DNA from: Cirrosporium novae-zelandiae
Taxonomy: Eukaryota
Direction: 5' to 3'
Length of the DNA stretch: 20,000 bases
Assembly (NCBI GenBank): GCA_026023565.1
Contig: JAPETS010000058.1
Location: 116,595-136,594, forward strand
Shown here: positions 1-10,401 of the stretch, one piece after another
How the letters are laid out: every line of letters starts with the position of its first letter
Numbering within the stretch: position 1 is the first letter of the stretch
Position numbers and translations under genes: made by a program
The notes under the pieces: model-generated
What the model was told of the DNA's origin: nothing
The model's input: only the letters and a program-made list of their open reading frames with translations
Database searches by the model: none

Positions 1-1287
1 TGTAGGATGTGTAGTTAACATGAACCTACAGTCTTTTGGTTAATGCAATCTATTAAAATCATGGATGGCTGGCTGAACCTACGTCAATCCCCAGCCTTGT
101 TCATGTTCCATAGGTTGCGGGTATAGCTCAGGTATTGCATTAGTGAAGTTTGGTTTCGAGGCGGGGACAAATTGACGACCAAAATTTGGGAATTCTGGAA
201 TCTGGTTTTTATACATCTCGTTTACCGTTTCCGGCTTCAAAATCCTGGCATTTTTCCGAGGGTGCTTTCCTTGGTTAACAAGACAGAGGAGAAGTTCTAG
301 TTTTTCAAGTATTAGCACAAACATCATACTCCACCCATATCGAAATCAGGTTCAGATACCGCAATAGTCTGTTGGCTTGGCAAAACAACCTGCTCCACCA
401 GAGCAAAACAATCCCTTTCTATCATCCTGAGATTTTGCTATCAATGGTGGACGGTATTGGTGGTCAATGGCTCTTATCTTTCCGTTCTCTCTTTGATGCA
501 AATAAGCCAAGTTTCGTTTCATTGCTTCACTGGGGAAGAAGGTTATATTTTCAAGGCCCAAGGGCTTGAAAATATGCTTCTGAAAATAATCCTCCAATGA
601 CATCCCTGACACGCGAACTACCATCTGACCAGCCCAGTCAATGTTCGTTCCGTATTCCCATCTCTCACCAGGTTGATTTGCAAGAACCGTGTGCAATGCA
701 TCGTTCCTCAACCCTGAGATTTCGTCAAGGCCGATAGGCTGCGCATAGTGGTTGAGCTGTGTGTTGAAAAATGTATATCCAAACCCCGCTATTTCATCTA
801 TCAGCATGCAGCAAGAATAGCAAAGCTCCAGAAACAAAATAACATGTCAATGATAAGCCATGGGTTTATAGAGCATACCAGTATGGTTCAAAAGCATTCT
901 CAGAGTAATGCCTCTCTTTTTATCTACCAACTCATAACGCCCTCCTCCTTTTTCTTTCAGTACCTTGGCAGTTTTCAACTCTGGCAGTATCTTTTCTACC
1001 TGCTCCACACTGTCTAGCTCCAACTTGCCCTGCTCGACTAATTGCATACATGCAATCCCAGTGATGGTCTTTGTGCATGATGCCATCCAAAAGATTGTAT
1101 CAAGGGTCATAAGATCCGGCGACCCAAGACCCACTTGACCAGATGCATGCTGAAAGATTGGAGTTCCATCCCTGTTCAAAACAGAAAAGACCAGACCCGG
1201 AATTCCATTCTCAGGGTCTATGGTTGAACGATTTATCTTTGCTTCTATTGACTTGGTAGCAGCGTCAGATAACCTGCGTGCACTCAT
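1..1287 (-). CDS. Serine beta-lactamase/transpeptidase-fold esterase (LovD/EstB-like), 3' end truncated by the window edge. Exons 1287-879, 788-360, 296-83, 25-<1
   Basis: SxxK motif (FWMASCTK), LLNHTAGFGY after splicing, PGERWEYGTNIDWAG (YxN), SGGAGCF and GWGLTFML. GT-AG introns at 878-789, 359-297 and 82-26 join the three ORF-track fragments in frame. Confidence 0.9.
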
Positions 1288-2308
1288 CGGGCCAATATTG
1301 CTAGTGGAAAATGTTTCTAATTAGGTATGAAGATATTCAAAATAGTTTTGATTCCAATCAACAATTCCAGAACGAAGAAGCAGCAATTCATCTTCCCTTT
1401 AAAGCAAATCGCTGTTCAATCCCCTCACACCAACTGACGCTTACCCCTCGGCTCCCCTCACAACAATAGATAATCCAACCAAATTGGAGGCTGACAGCCC
1501 AGACGAGGGATAACTTTAAAGCTAGGTTCTATTCTCGTCGGTATGTTGTCACCTCGTCCCCTCTTGAGTTTATTGTTTTCTACTTGGTACAACACGTTGG
1601 ACCGATTAACAATACCCGTATTATGCCTGCACAATGTGTTGATCATTATAATGTTTAAAATGCTATATGCACAGATAACCAATCATTTACTATCATATAG
1701 TTGTGATTAACAGATCAACCAAGACATGTTCATCTATGTACAGTACAACCCCGCTCTTCGAAGCCGAGGTGATATACAACAGTAGATGTCCATTATGCAA
1801 AGTCAATTGCTAAGAGCTAGTATTGACATCATCCCTAGGCGGAACTGAACTTAGATGGTCCATTTGTGCCATTACACCATGATAGGAGAGAATGGATTTG
1901 ACGAAGAGGAACTCATCAACACTGGTATTTCTTATAAAAGCACGCAATAATGGCCCTTAGATTCCCAGCACGCCCAGGTAGTCTTATATGTATAAAGTAG
2001 AATAATTTACAATAATAGCTTCATAGTCTTTATTAAAGATTCAAACATGATTGAAAGTAACCGCTACTCATAAATTCGGCCACTCGGTTTCGAGTAATTA
2101 TTATTGGAGGCCTAGATATGTAGGCATCCATAACCGTTCTAGAGTAAAGTCGGGGGTTAAAATTGCCGATACGGTCAGTAATGGGTAGCTTCAAGCTCGA
2201 GTGTTCAACCATCTTCTTCTAACTACTCCTCCAAGCTTATATTTGACATCAACAAGCTTGACCTTCTCTTAGCCTCTTCATTATATCCTGTACTTAGAAA
2301 AAGTCACG

Positions 2309-4030
2309 ATGGATGAAGATGAATTAAGAAAATATCTTCCTACCTCTTTTGGAAAACAAACAAAAAGTACAAATATTGCTGCTCAAATTGACCGTACAAA
2401 ACGAAAGGTTTCTCCAGAGCAGGCGAATGATAACAGACATCCAACAGAAGTTGAAGAGGAACATAGTTCCAGCAAAAGTGATAATTCGGATGACGACTCC
2501 GATGATGATTCTGACGAGGAGGATGAGTTTCCTGTATCACATGAATTGGTTCTCAAAACGCATGAGCGTGCAATAACTACCATCACAGTGGACCCTTCAG
2601 GATCTCGTATGATATCAGGCTCTGCGGATTGCACCTTAAAGTTCCATGATTTCGCATCCATGACACCAACTACTTTGCGCGCTTTTAAATCCGTCGATCC
2701 TACAGCTACAAAAGCCAGCGCAACTTCTGAAGCACATCCTATCCACCACGTTGAGTTCTGTGCTTTAGCTCCAAGTCAGGTTCTTGTCATATCGGCCACA
2801 ACCCAAGCAAAGATACTTGATCGAGATGGAGACACCCTTACCGAATTTGTGAAAGGGGATATGTATTTGAGGGATATGCATAATACGAAGGGACATGTTT
2901 CAGAGATCACAACAGGCACATGGCATCCAACTGATGCCAACCTATGTCTTACCGCTGGAACAGACAGCACACTCCGAATATGGGATGTTAATATGAAACG
3001 ATGTCAGAAAGAAGTTATTGTACATAAATCTAAGGCAGCAGGCTCAGCAGGAAGATCGAGGATAACCGCTGTGGCATGGGGATCTCCTAGGCAGGGGGGG
3101 AATAATGTTCTAATTGCTGCTGCTCTTGATGGAAGTCTTGTCATGTGGGGTGGCGACGGCCCCTATACTAGACCAGCAGGGGAAGTTAGAGACGCCCATC
3201 AACGAGATACTTGGACCAGTGGTTTGGACATAAGTTCTGACGGCAGGCTTGTTATCACAAGAGGTGGTGACGATACCATCAAACTCTGGGATACTCGGAA
3301 GTTCAAGCAACCCATCTCTACTGCTCCTCATCCCTCGACATCTTCACAGTTTCCTACTTCAAACATTATTTTCTCTCCCTCGTCATCAAACATTCTCACC
3401 GGCTCCCAGACAGGCCATCTTCACATTCTCAACCCAGCTACTCTCCGCCCTGAGCTTGTTACTCCTGTTACACCTGGCTTTCCCCTGGTCACTGTGTACT
3501 GGCACCCAACCCTTAACCAAATTCTTACAGGATCTGCGAATGCCGAAACACATGTCCTCTACAATCCTTCAATGTCCACTAAAGGTGCTACACTTGTTCT
3601 CTCCAAGGCTCCGAAGCGTCGCCACGTTGATGATGATCCCAACATTACTACTGATCTATCCCAAGGATTCTCTGGTGATGGTGTTGTTAATCCCAATGGC
3701 CTTTTATCTGCACCAGCTGCTAGCTTTGCCGCAAGGCATCCTACTGTTGGATTAACAGCATCTGGAAGGTCCAGAGATCCAAGAAGGCCACATATTCCTC
3801 AACAAACTCCATTTTCCAAGAGTCAGCCAGACGCAAAACATATCAAGGAGCATATACCTCTCAGCTCTATGCGTGATGAAGATCCAAGAGAGGCATTACT
3901 CAAATATGCAGAGAAAGCGGAAAAAGAGCCAATGTTCACCAATGCATGGAAATATACCCAACCCAAAACTATATATGCTGATTTAAGCGATGAGGAGGAA
4001 GGACCAGAAAAGAAGAAAACTAAACGTTGA
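2309..4030 (+). CDS. WDR70: WD40-repeat protein, WDR70/Gad-1 family, 573 aa, intronless
   Basis: LPTSFGK N-terminus, acidic tract, FPVSHELVLKTH, KGDMYLRDMHNTKGH, TRGGDDTIKLWDTRKFK and the C-terminal DEDPREALLKYA motif are recalled WDR70 hallmarks. Confidence 0.9.
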   Translation: MDEDELRKYLPTSFGKQTKSTNIAAQIDRTKRKVSPEQANDNRHPTEVEEEHSSSKSDNSDDDSDDDSDEEDEFPVSHELVLKTHERAITTITVDPSGSRMISGSADCTLKFHDFASMTPTTLRAFKSVDPTATKASATSEAHPIHHVEFCALAPSQVLVISATTQAKILDRDGDTLTEFVKGDMYLRDMHNTKGHVSEITTGTWHPTDANLCLTAGTDSTLRIWDVNMKRCQKEVIVHKSKAAGSAGRSRITAVAWGSPRQGGNNVLIAAALDGSLVMWGGDGPYTRPAGEVRDAHQRDTWTSGLDISSDGRLVITRGGDDTIKLWDTRKFKQPISTAPHPSTSSQFPTSNIIFSPSSSNILTGSQTGHLHILNPATLRPELVTPVTPGFPLVTVYWHPTLNQILTGSANAETHVLYNPSMSTKGATLVLSKAPKRRHVDDDPNITTDLSQGFSGDGVVNPNGLLSAPAASFAARHPTVGLTASGRSRDPRRPHIPQQTPFSKSQPDAKHIKEHIPLSSMRDEDPREALLKYAEKAEKEPMFTNAWKYTQPKTIYADLSDEEEGPEKKKTKR

Positions 4031-4922
4031 CCTGGCTTATTCTTTGCCGGGAGTCAATATGTACAATATAACGAGTTTCAACTGCCACCCGTCCAGCACC
4101 TTATTAAGAAATTTTCTAATTGTTACTCCTTTATTGTTTGGTATGTTGAAAGTCGAGGATCCCAATGTTTCACAGTCCTGGATATTCAGTTATTAATTTT
4201 TGAGCTAGGTGCTGAAGAGTACAATGTACAAAGTCACTTATTAGTTTTTCTTGATTACCCCCAGATATACCAGTGCAAAACGCATATGAACTACGATATA
4301 CTTGTCATCTAGTGCCATCCAGGACTCTTCCCCGACCCTTGTAAAGATCATGATATTTTACTGCGGCTTCGCAGCTAGATATGATCCACTACGCTCTGTT
4401 TATAAGTCAACATTCTATATATGGACAGAGTCACCAGTTAGCTACAGGTGGTGTGTCCCCTTATAACAGATTTCGAATGGCACTATTCTAGGAAGTTTGT
4501 CCTAGCTCTGGGTCTACTAGCTTATTGTGACAGTCATACTTAATTTCTTGGCTTCATACGACTTATATTCCTCTGCTCTACAGAATGAACCTGATATCGA
4601 GTAGAATGAAATTGGTTCTCAAAGCCTTGATACCCGAAAGATTTGAACTGCCAGTGGAAGAGTAATATTCTCAATAGCAATTAGGATGGTGCGAGGGCTA
4701 AAGAAGCATTAGAATGGCTATGCTTATATTCTATTTTGTTATGATGTTAATGTGGGTCAATGAATACAAGCTCTCGTCTAGTCTCTGCAAAGGCGTGGTA
4801 AGGTTTTGGCTATCGCCTTTCCAGAGAGGTATTCCCTTCGTCTGTTTATCCAAAGACTTTCCTCTTTTTCTTGTTGACTTCATATGCACAGTATCTGCTA
4901 TCTGAGCACGAATTCGGCACTT

Positions 4923-5918
4923 CTAAGACGTTCTACCCTCGGAGGCTTTTCGAGCTAGTTCCCGATCATCTAAACGAAACGGATTGTCGGATCCCTTCGC
5001 CATATTTTTGAGTGCATGCTTCGCGAAAGTTGCTCCTGCTGCAGAGTCAAGAAGCTCGTCCAACCGTGTCATATCCTCCCTAAGGTCGTCCATCTTCATA
5101 CTTGCATAAAACCCCAGCCAGCGCATAAAGGCATCATTTTCATCAAAGTTGCCGAAAGCATATTCCAGGAGGCTGAACACTGCGCCTAGATTAAATTTAC
5201 CAGTTTCCATGTTACTGAGGGTGGTAGTTATCTTGGCTCGAGATAGTTGCTTTAGACACGGAATCATGTACTTGTCTGCAAAAGCATATAACTTGATGTT
5301 TGAGAGAACACTCCTTTCGCTGACCTTTTTGGTCTTGATTGTGGAAGCGGTTGAAGTGGAACCACCCGGATATTGGAACCATTGATCGGGTTGACCCTCG
5401 CCACACTGATAACAATATTCCCTGTCAGGGGCCCCATCATTTGTGAATGTTTCACCGCAACGGGTGCACTTGTAGAAGGAACTGTCGGGATATATAGTTT
5501 CTTCTAGACCCTCGTCAGGGTCATAATAATTGCCAGTATAAGCCCACTCGACGAAGGAAATGAGAAGTTCCTCCGTTATATCACTATCTCGGAAAGTATA
5601 ACAGCGTTCCTGCATCTCCTTCCAATGCCCTTCACAGACACGCCAGAGGACATCGGATTTAGACTTCAGAAGGGTTTCGTGAATGAAGAGCTTTTTCTGG
5701 GAGCCATCACCTTGAAGCGCAAAAGGCGACGAGTCCAAGAAACTAATACATATAGGATTAGATACCTCCAGTAAAGCATAATTTACATCTAGCCTCGTTA
5801 AAACTCACTCCTTGTATTGAAGGTTCTTTTCGTCTTGTGTCACACTTTCTGTGTCTTTCATGGAAACTTGATCCATTTTCTCAATCTTCCTCTGCCGCTT
5901 CTTCTCCTTCTTACCCAT
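4923..5918 (-). CDS. Fungal BTB/POZ-domain protein, 309 aa. Exons 5918-5809 and 5742-4923
   Basis: ATG at 5918 (MGKKEKKRQRK...). Intron 5808-5743 (GTGAGT...CTAAT...TAG) joins in frame to FLDSSPFALQ...LFIHETLL...WKE...FVEWAYTGNY, followed by the LYAFADKYMIPCLKQLS motif typical of fungal BTB proteins. Confidence 0.85.
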
Positions 5919-5949
5919 GAGCAGTTAACAATAACAACAAACTATCTTA

Positions 5950-6996
5950 GCTTATAATTAAGAGAGAAAAGGTTGATAACTTTAGGGATACTTATTAAAG
6001 TGAAAGTGAAAATACTTCACATCAATCACCACCCACCCTACATGAAGACATGCGATACATGCATGCGATACATGCATACCTATCATGTCGCACAAAGGAG
6101 GGGCAAAAACATTAAACTGAAGCGGCAACCGAAAACCAGGTTGTCTGTCTTCCGCTCCTCCTCCAATTATGAAGCAGATACGCGGGATCTTTCTCGCCCC
6201 TCCGACCAAACAAATAGATTTAATATATTGGAAAGGACAGTTCTATGTACACATACATACGTACATACGTATACATGCATGCATATATCGTCATCAGTGC
6301 CACATAAAATATATTCTTCGGTACTTTGTAGGGTAGGGGGTATGATTAATTACGCCCCCAAATGCCTCCAATACCTCCAAGCCAGCCAGCTAGCCACATA
6401 ACCTCAACTTATGGAAAGGGTATCTACTTAAAACATCACTCTAGCCAACCAACCCACCAACCAACCATCCCTCTAACCAACCAATTACCACAATCATACA
6501 GATATATACTAAGTAGAGGATGTACATCACCCGCCTACCGCCACCACCACCACCACTAAACTCCTATTTCCATCTCCATCTCCACCTCCATCCATACTTA
6601 CATCCACCCATCCAGTAAACCATCCCATCCCATCCCATCCCAACTCACACGAAATTTAACCAAAAAACAAAAACAGACCCTTTCCGATATGATTAAAACC
6701 CCCAAATCCCCAAATACACAAGTCTTTTCCTAAGAGGTACTACTATATTACTACATCTCAACCATCTATTATTATTATTATCCAAAAGCAAAAAAAGAAA
6801 GAAGAAGAAAAAGATACTTTATGATCTTTTTTTTTCTTCTCTGCACCTACACCTACTGGTTGCATTATAACATAGCAGACATATACATACAAAAAAAGCG
6901 GAAGGAGGGTAAGGGATAAGGGAGGATAGAAGATTGGAAATAAGAAATGAGAAAATGGTGGTATGTGGTTAAGGGTGAAGGGACTAGGGTAGGAGA

Positions 6997-7046
<50 letters not shown>

Positions 7047-7298
7047 CGGGTTTGGAGGTTAGGGAATGGGTAATGCCTAATAGATAGGGGTGCGTGGGAG
7101 AAGGTGGAGGGAGGGATTGGTTGTAGATGTTAGGATTAAGGGGGGGGGGGGACAATCAAGCCCTTAAATATTGAATAGTCATTTTCCATACTCCGGTATC
7201 GAAAATCGTATACAGCTTTTTTTTAAAAAAAAGGAAAGAATAAATACGGCCACCATTTAGACCTCAATTCATTCAAATTATTATAAAAAAATCCCCCT
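5950..7298. repeat. Low-complexity intergenic tract with (CAAC)n, (CAC)n, (CATCC)n and A/T and G homopolymers
   Basis: Short tandem repeats are directly visible. The + strand is C/A-rich at about 6350-6720 and G-rich at about 6895-7152. Confidence 0.85.
6999..7043 (+). repeat. Poly-G homopolymer (45 G)
   Basis: Uninterrupted G run. A second run of 13 G lies at 7140-7152. Confidence 0.95.
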
Positions 7299-8860
7299 TC
7301 ACAGATGAGCTTTCTCCTTAACCCCATACTCCCTCAACAATCTCTCCCCCTCTTCCTTTTGCCTATTTATCTTCTCCGTTGCGGCTTTACCCCTCTTATT
7401 CTCGTTCTTCCCCATCTGCTGCAAATGCACCTCGTCCGGCCCGTCAGCGAGTCTCAGCGTCCTTATCTGCGCCCACATGTATGCGAGCGGGGTATCCTGA
7501 CATACCCCAGCGCCCCCGAATGTCTGGACCGCCCTGTCGATAACTGTCAGGGCCATGCTGGGAACCAGAACCTTGGCTTCTGCAATTTCTTTGAGGGCGG
7601 CTTTGGGGCCCAGGGTGTCCATGGCGATGGCGGCATTCAGGACGATGAGACGGGCGGCGTCGATCTCGAGACGGGATTTTGCGATCCATTCGAGGATGAC
7701 GCCGTGTTCAGAGAGGAGTTTTTTGAAGGGGGTCTTCTTGGGATCATTGATCCGCGTGAGCATCCAATCTAGGGCCATCTCGGCGGCGCCGATGGTCCTC
7801 ATAGCGTGATGGATCCGCCCGGGGCCCAGTCTCCCTTGGATTATTTCGAAGCCTCGTCCCTCACCGAGAACCATGTTTGAGGCAGGGACCCGTACGTTGT
7901 GGAATAGGATGTGTCCGTGGCCATGGGGGGCGTCGTCGAATCCGTAGACGGACAACATGCGTTTAATTGTTATACCGGGGGTGGATGCGGGGACTAGGAT
8001 TACGGATTGTTGCTTGTAGGGAGAAGGGTTGGAGGGTGAGGTTTTGCCCATGACAATATAAATGGCGCATCGGGGATCGCCCGCACCAGAAGACCACCAT
8101 TTCTAATTATAAATAAGTGGGCTGTAGAGCATATGAGAGCTTCAAACGAACATACCGAGCCATTGAGAACATAGTCATTTCCTTCTTTCACCATGGTGAG
8201 GGTAATGTTGGTGGCATCGCTGGATGCAACATCTGGTTCTGTCATGAGAAACGCAGACCGAATCTTGCCCTCTAGTAAAGGTTCGAGCCATTCTTTCTTC
8301 TGCGCAGCATTTCCATATTTTGCCAATACTTCCATATTGCCGGTATCTGGAGCTGCACAATTGGTTGCCTACTCAACACAGAAGTCAGGTTCCACTTTTC
8401 TTCGCCTTGGAGTCGTATTCCTACCTCGCTGGCCAGATGACTTTTCCCCAAATACTCAGCCATCAGCCCGTATTCCAGATTCGAGAATCCAGCACCAATA
8501 TCCCCAAAGTGGTTCTTAGGGAGAAACATATTCCAGAGACCAAGCTTCTTAGCTTTAGCTTTTAGATCATCGATAATGGAAGGATATTTGCTCCATCTTT
8601 CGGACCCCACGCCTAGTTGAGCGTGAGCGACGGTATCGGCGGGAATACATTCTGTCTCAACGAATTGTTCGACCTATATATGGAAGCAATAGTTAATATG
8701 GAGTTCGTGTTCTCTATGCAGGGTAAGGTATAGAGTAGCGAACCAGGTCCAAAGTCTTCTTTGCCCTCTCACTGACAAATGGCTGGGCAATAATGGGGAT
8801 CTTGGATGAAGCAGACTGCAGTGTGCCACCGCTGGTGAGATTCTGAGTGGAGTTGGACAT
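7299..8860 (-). CDS. Acyl-CoA dehydrogenase, ACAD10/11-like, 460 aa, probably peroxisomal. Exons 8860-8744, 8673-8425, 8368-8156, 8102-7299
   Basis: [61 protein letters not shown] and [13 protein letters not shown] motifs. GT-AG introns at 8743-8674, 8424-8369 and 8155-8103 keep the frame. C-terminal -AHL is PTS1-like. Confidence 0.95.
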
Positions 8861-9459
8861 TGTGATATATATATAGATGTATTTCAATTGATATAATTGA
8901 ACATGAAAGAGGGGAGAAGTAAATGATATAGAGGGAGAATGAATTAATGTAACTTACTGTTTAGAAGGAGATAAACGGAAGAGGTAGGCTGAGAGTGTGG
9001 GGAAGAAGTATAAAGTACAGGGAAGTAGGAGCTCCAAGCTGCGGAGGGTTATTTGGAACAACCGTTGGTTATCCGATGATGATGGAATTGGAATTCAACC
9101 GAGGCATCACAATCCCCTTGGTGTGTTTGTTTATACTGCAAACATACATCCCTTTTCTATCAAATTTATCAAGGCCTTCAAGATTGGTGGTTTATATTTC
9201 TTATTTCATTGGCCACCAAATGAGACAATTTACTGGCCTGCTCTTCAGTACCCAAGGCGCTTAAAGCTTGCCATGAGGCTTTGACAACTTCACTAGGCAG
9301 CGCAATCGTGTCAACGCCGCATACTCGCATATGCAGCCCCCTGCTTTCTCTCCCCCCTCATTTCAGCCTTTCGATCTATATCTCCAGACTTCTATTTATT
9401 TTTTATGTTTTGTATTCTACAGCAACTCCTAGTATCATCTTGTCAAATAATCGCCAGCC

Positions 9460-10125
9460 ATGTCACTCATGGAAGTGATAAAACAGTTCTACCCTGGGTT
9501 CAACCCTTCTCATGTCCCCACCTTCAGTGCTGCCGCTGCAAACAAGTTCATCTCAGACACCCCACTCGTTTGGCCAGATCTTATTTCAATCAGACACTTC
9601 ATGACTCAATCCTATACGATTCTGGAACACTGGGTTTCTACTCGTGCTTCTTCCACAAATCTAAGACACTTAATCACCCAGGCATACTTGACTCTAGGAC
9701 ACTGGATTTCTAATCATGCTCCGACAAACCTAGGACACTGGATCTTTATTAATGCTTTTAGCAGCTGGCTTAAGCAAAATCGTAAGTCTCTCTCAGTTTT
9801 TTATCCACTCCAGCCCCCCGTTTCTTACTAAGCTGTGACGTACTTCCCAGCCAAAACCACCACGTTCCTGATAGCCTTTACTGTTATATTTGTTTCGATC
9901 CGCTCTTTGGGGTTCGATCGTCTTGGCGTTAGGGCCAGTACTCCAGCTTCAGCCTTCCAATCTCAGAGATATGGAGGTTCCACGCCCCGTGGAGGAATAT
10001 TCGCTACGTTGACTTCTACGGGAATGGTCGGGACATTGATTCCAGTTTCGGTTCTTGTGGCGTCGTTGGGAGCTTGGTTGGTTACTTCAAGGGTGGAGAG
10101 TCTGGTGTTAGATCCCCTGAACTAA
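9460..10125 (+). CDS. IFI6/IFI27 (ISG12; Ifi-6-16)-like small membrane protein, 198 aa. Exons 9460-9781 and 9851-10125
   Basis: A 69-nt intron at 9782-9850 (GTAAGT...CCCAG) removes the TAA at 9829-9831 and joins the two ORFs. The C-terminal LGFDRLGVRASTPASAFQSQRYGGSTPRGGIFATLTSTGM resembles the GF...G+.AGS.AA..QS..YGG....G.+FA.L.S.GM pattern of this family and is flanked by hydrophobic segments. Confidence 0.7.
9589..9747 (+). repeat. Degenerate ~72-nt (24-aa) intragenic tandem repeat, about 2.2 copies
   Basis: IRHFMTQSYTILEHWVSTRASSTN / LRHLITQAYLTLGHWISNHA-PTN / LGHWIF. Related DNA cores (e.g. ctaggacactggat) occur at 9589, 9622, 9661, 9694 and 9730. Confidence 0.7.
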
Positions 10126-10401
10126 AAAAAAATCCAATCGCCAAAAGTACAAAAAGTTCAGATTGTCCACCTATGATAGGATATGCTTGATAGTTGAGAC
10201 ATCCTAAGAAGCATATCATCAGTAAAAATTGCCATTTCTTTACAATCCAATCTTTTGAATTTCGTAACGATCATGGATATCCTCTTTTCTGCAAAGCCAG
10301 CCTTTTTTCCATAATAAATAAAAAAACGCCCTCTTGACTCCAGATATTGCTGTCTATTATGTAACACCGAGTCGCATGTTGCGACAAATAGAGCATCACA
10401 A

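Noticed and set aside
1739..1760. TACAGTACAACCCCGC resembling a Tc1/pogo-type terminal repeat
   Set aside because: No matching inverted partner or transposase remnant was found in the window.
5973..7155. ORFs with poly-Pro or poly-His in the low-complexity spacer
   Set aside because: They are translations of homopolymers and microsatellites with no domain signal, mostly from non-ATG starts.
9829..9831. In-frame TAA between two ORFs, suggesting readthrough, RNA editing or a pseudogene
   Set aside because: It lies inside a canonical 69-nt GTAAGT…CAG intron (9782-9850).
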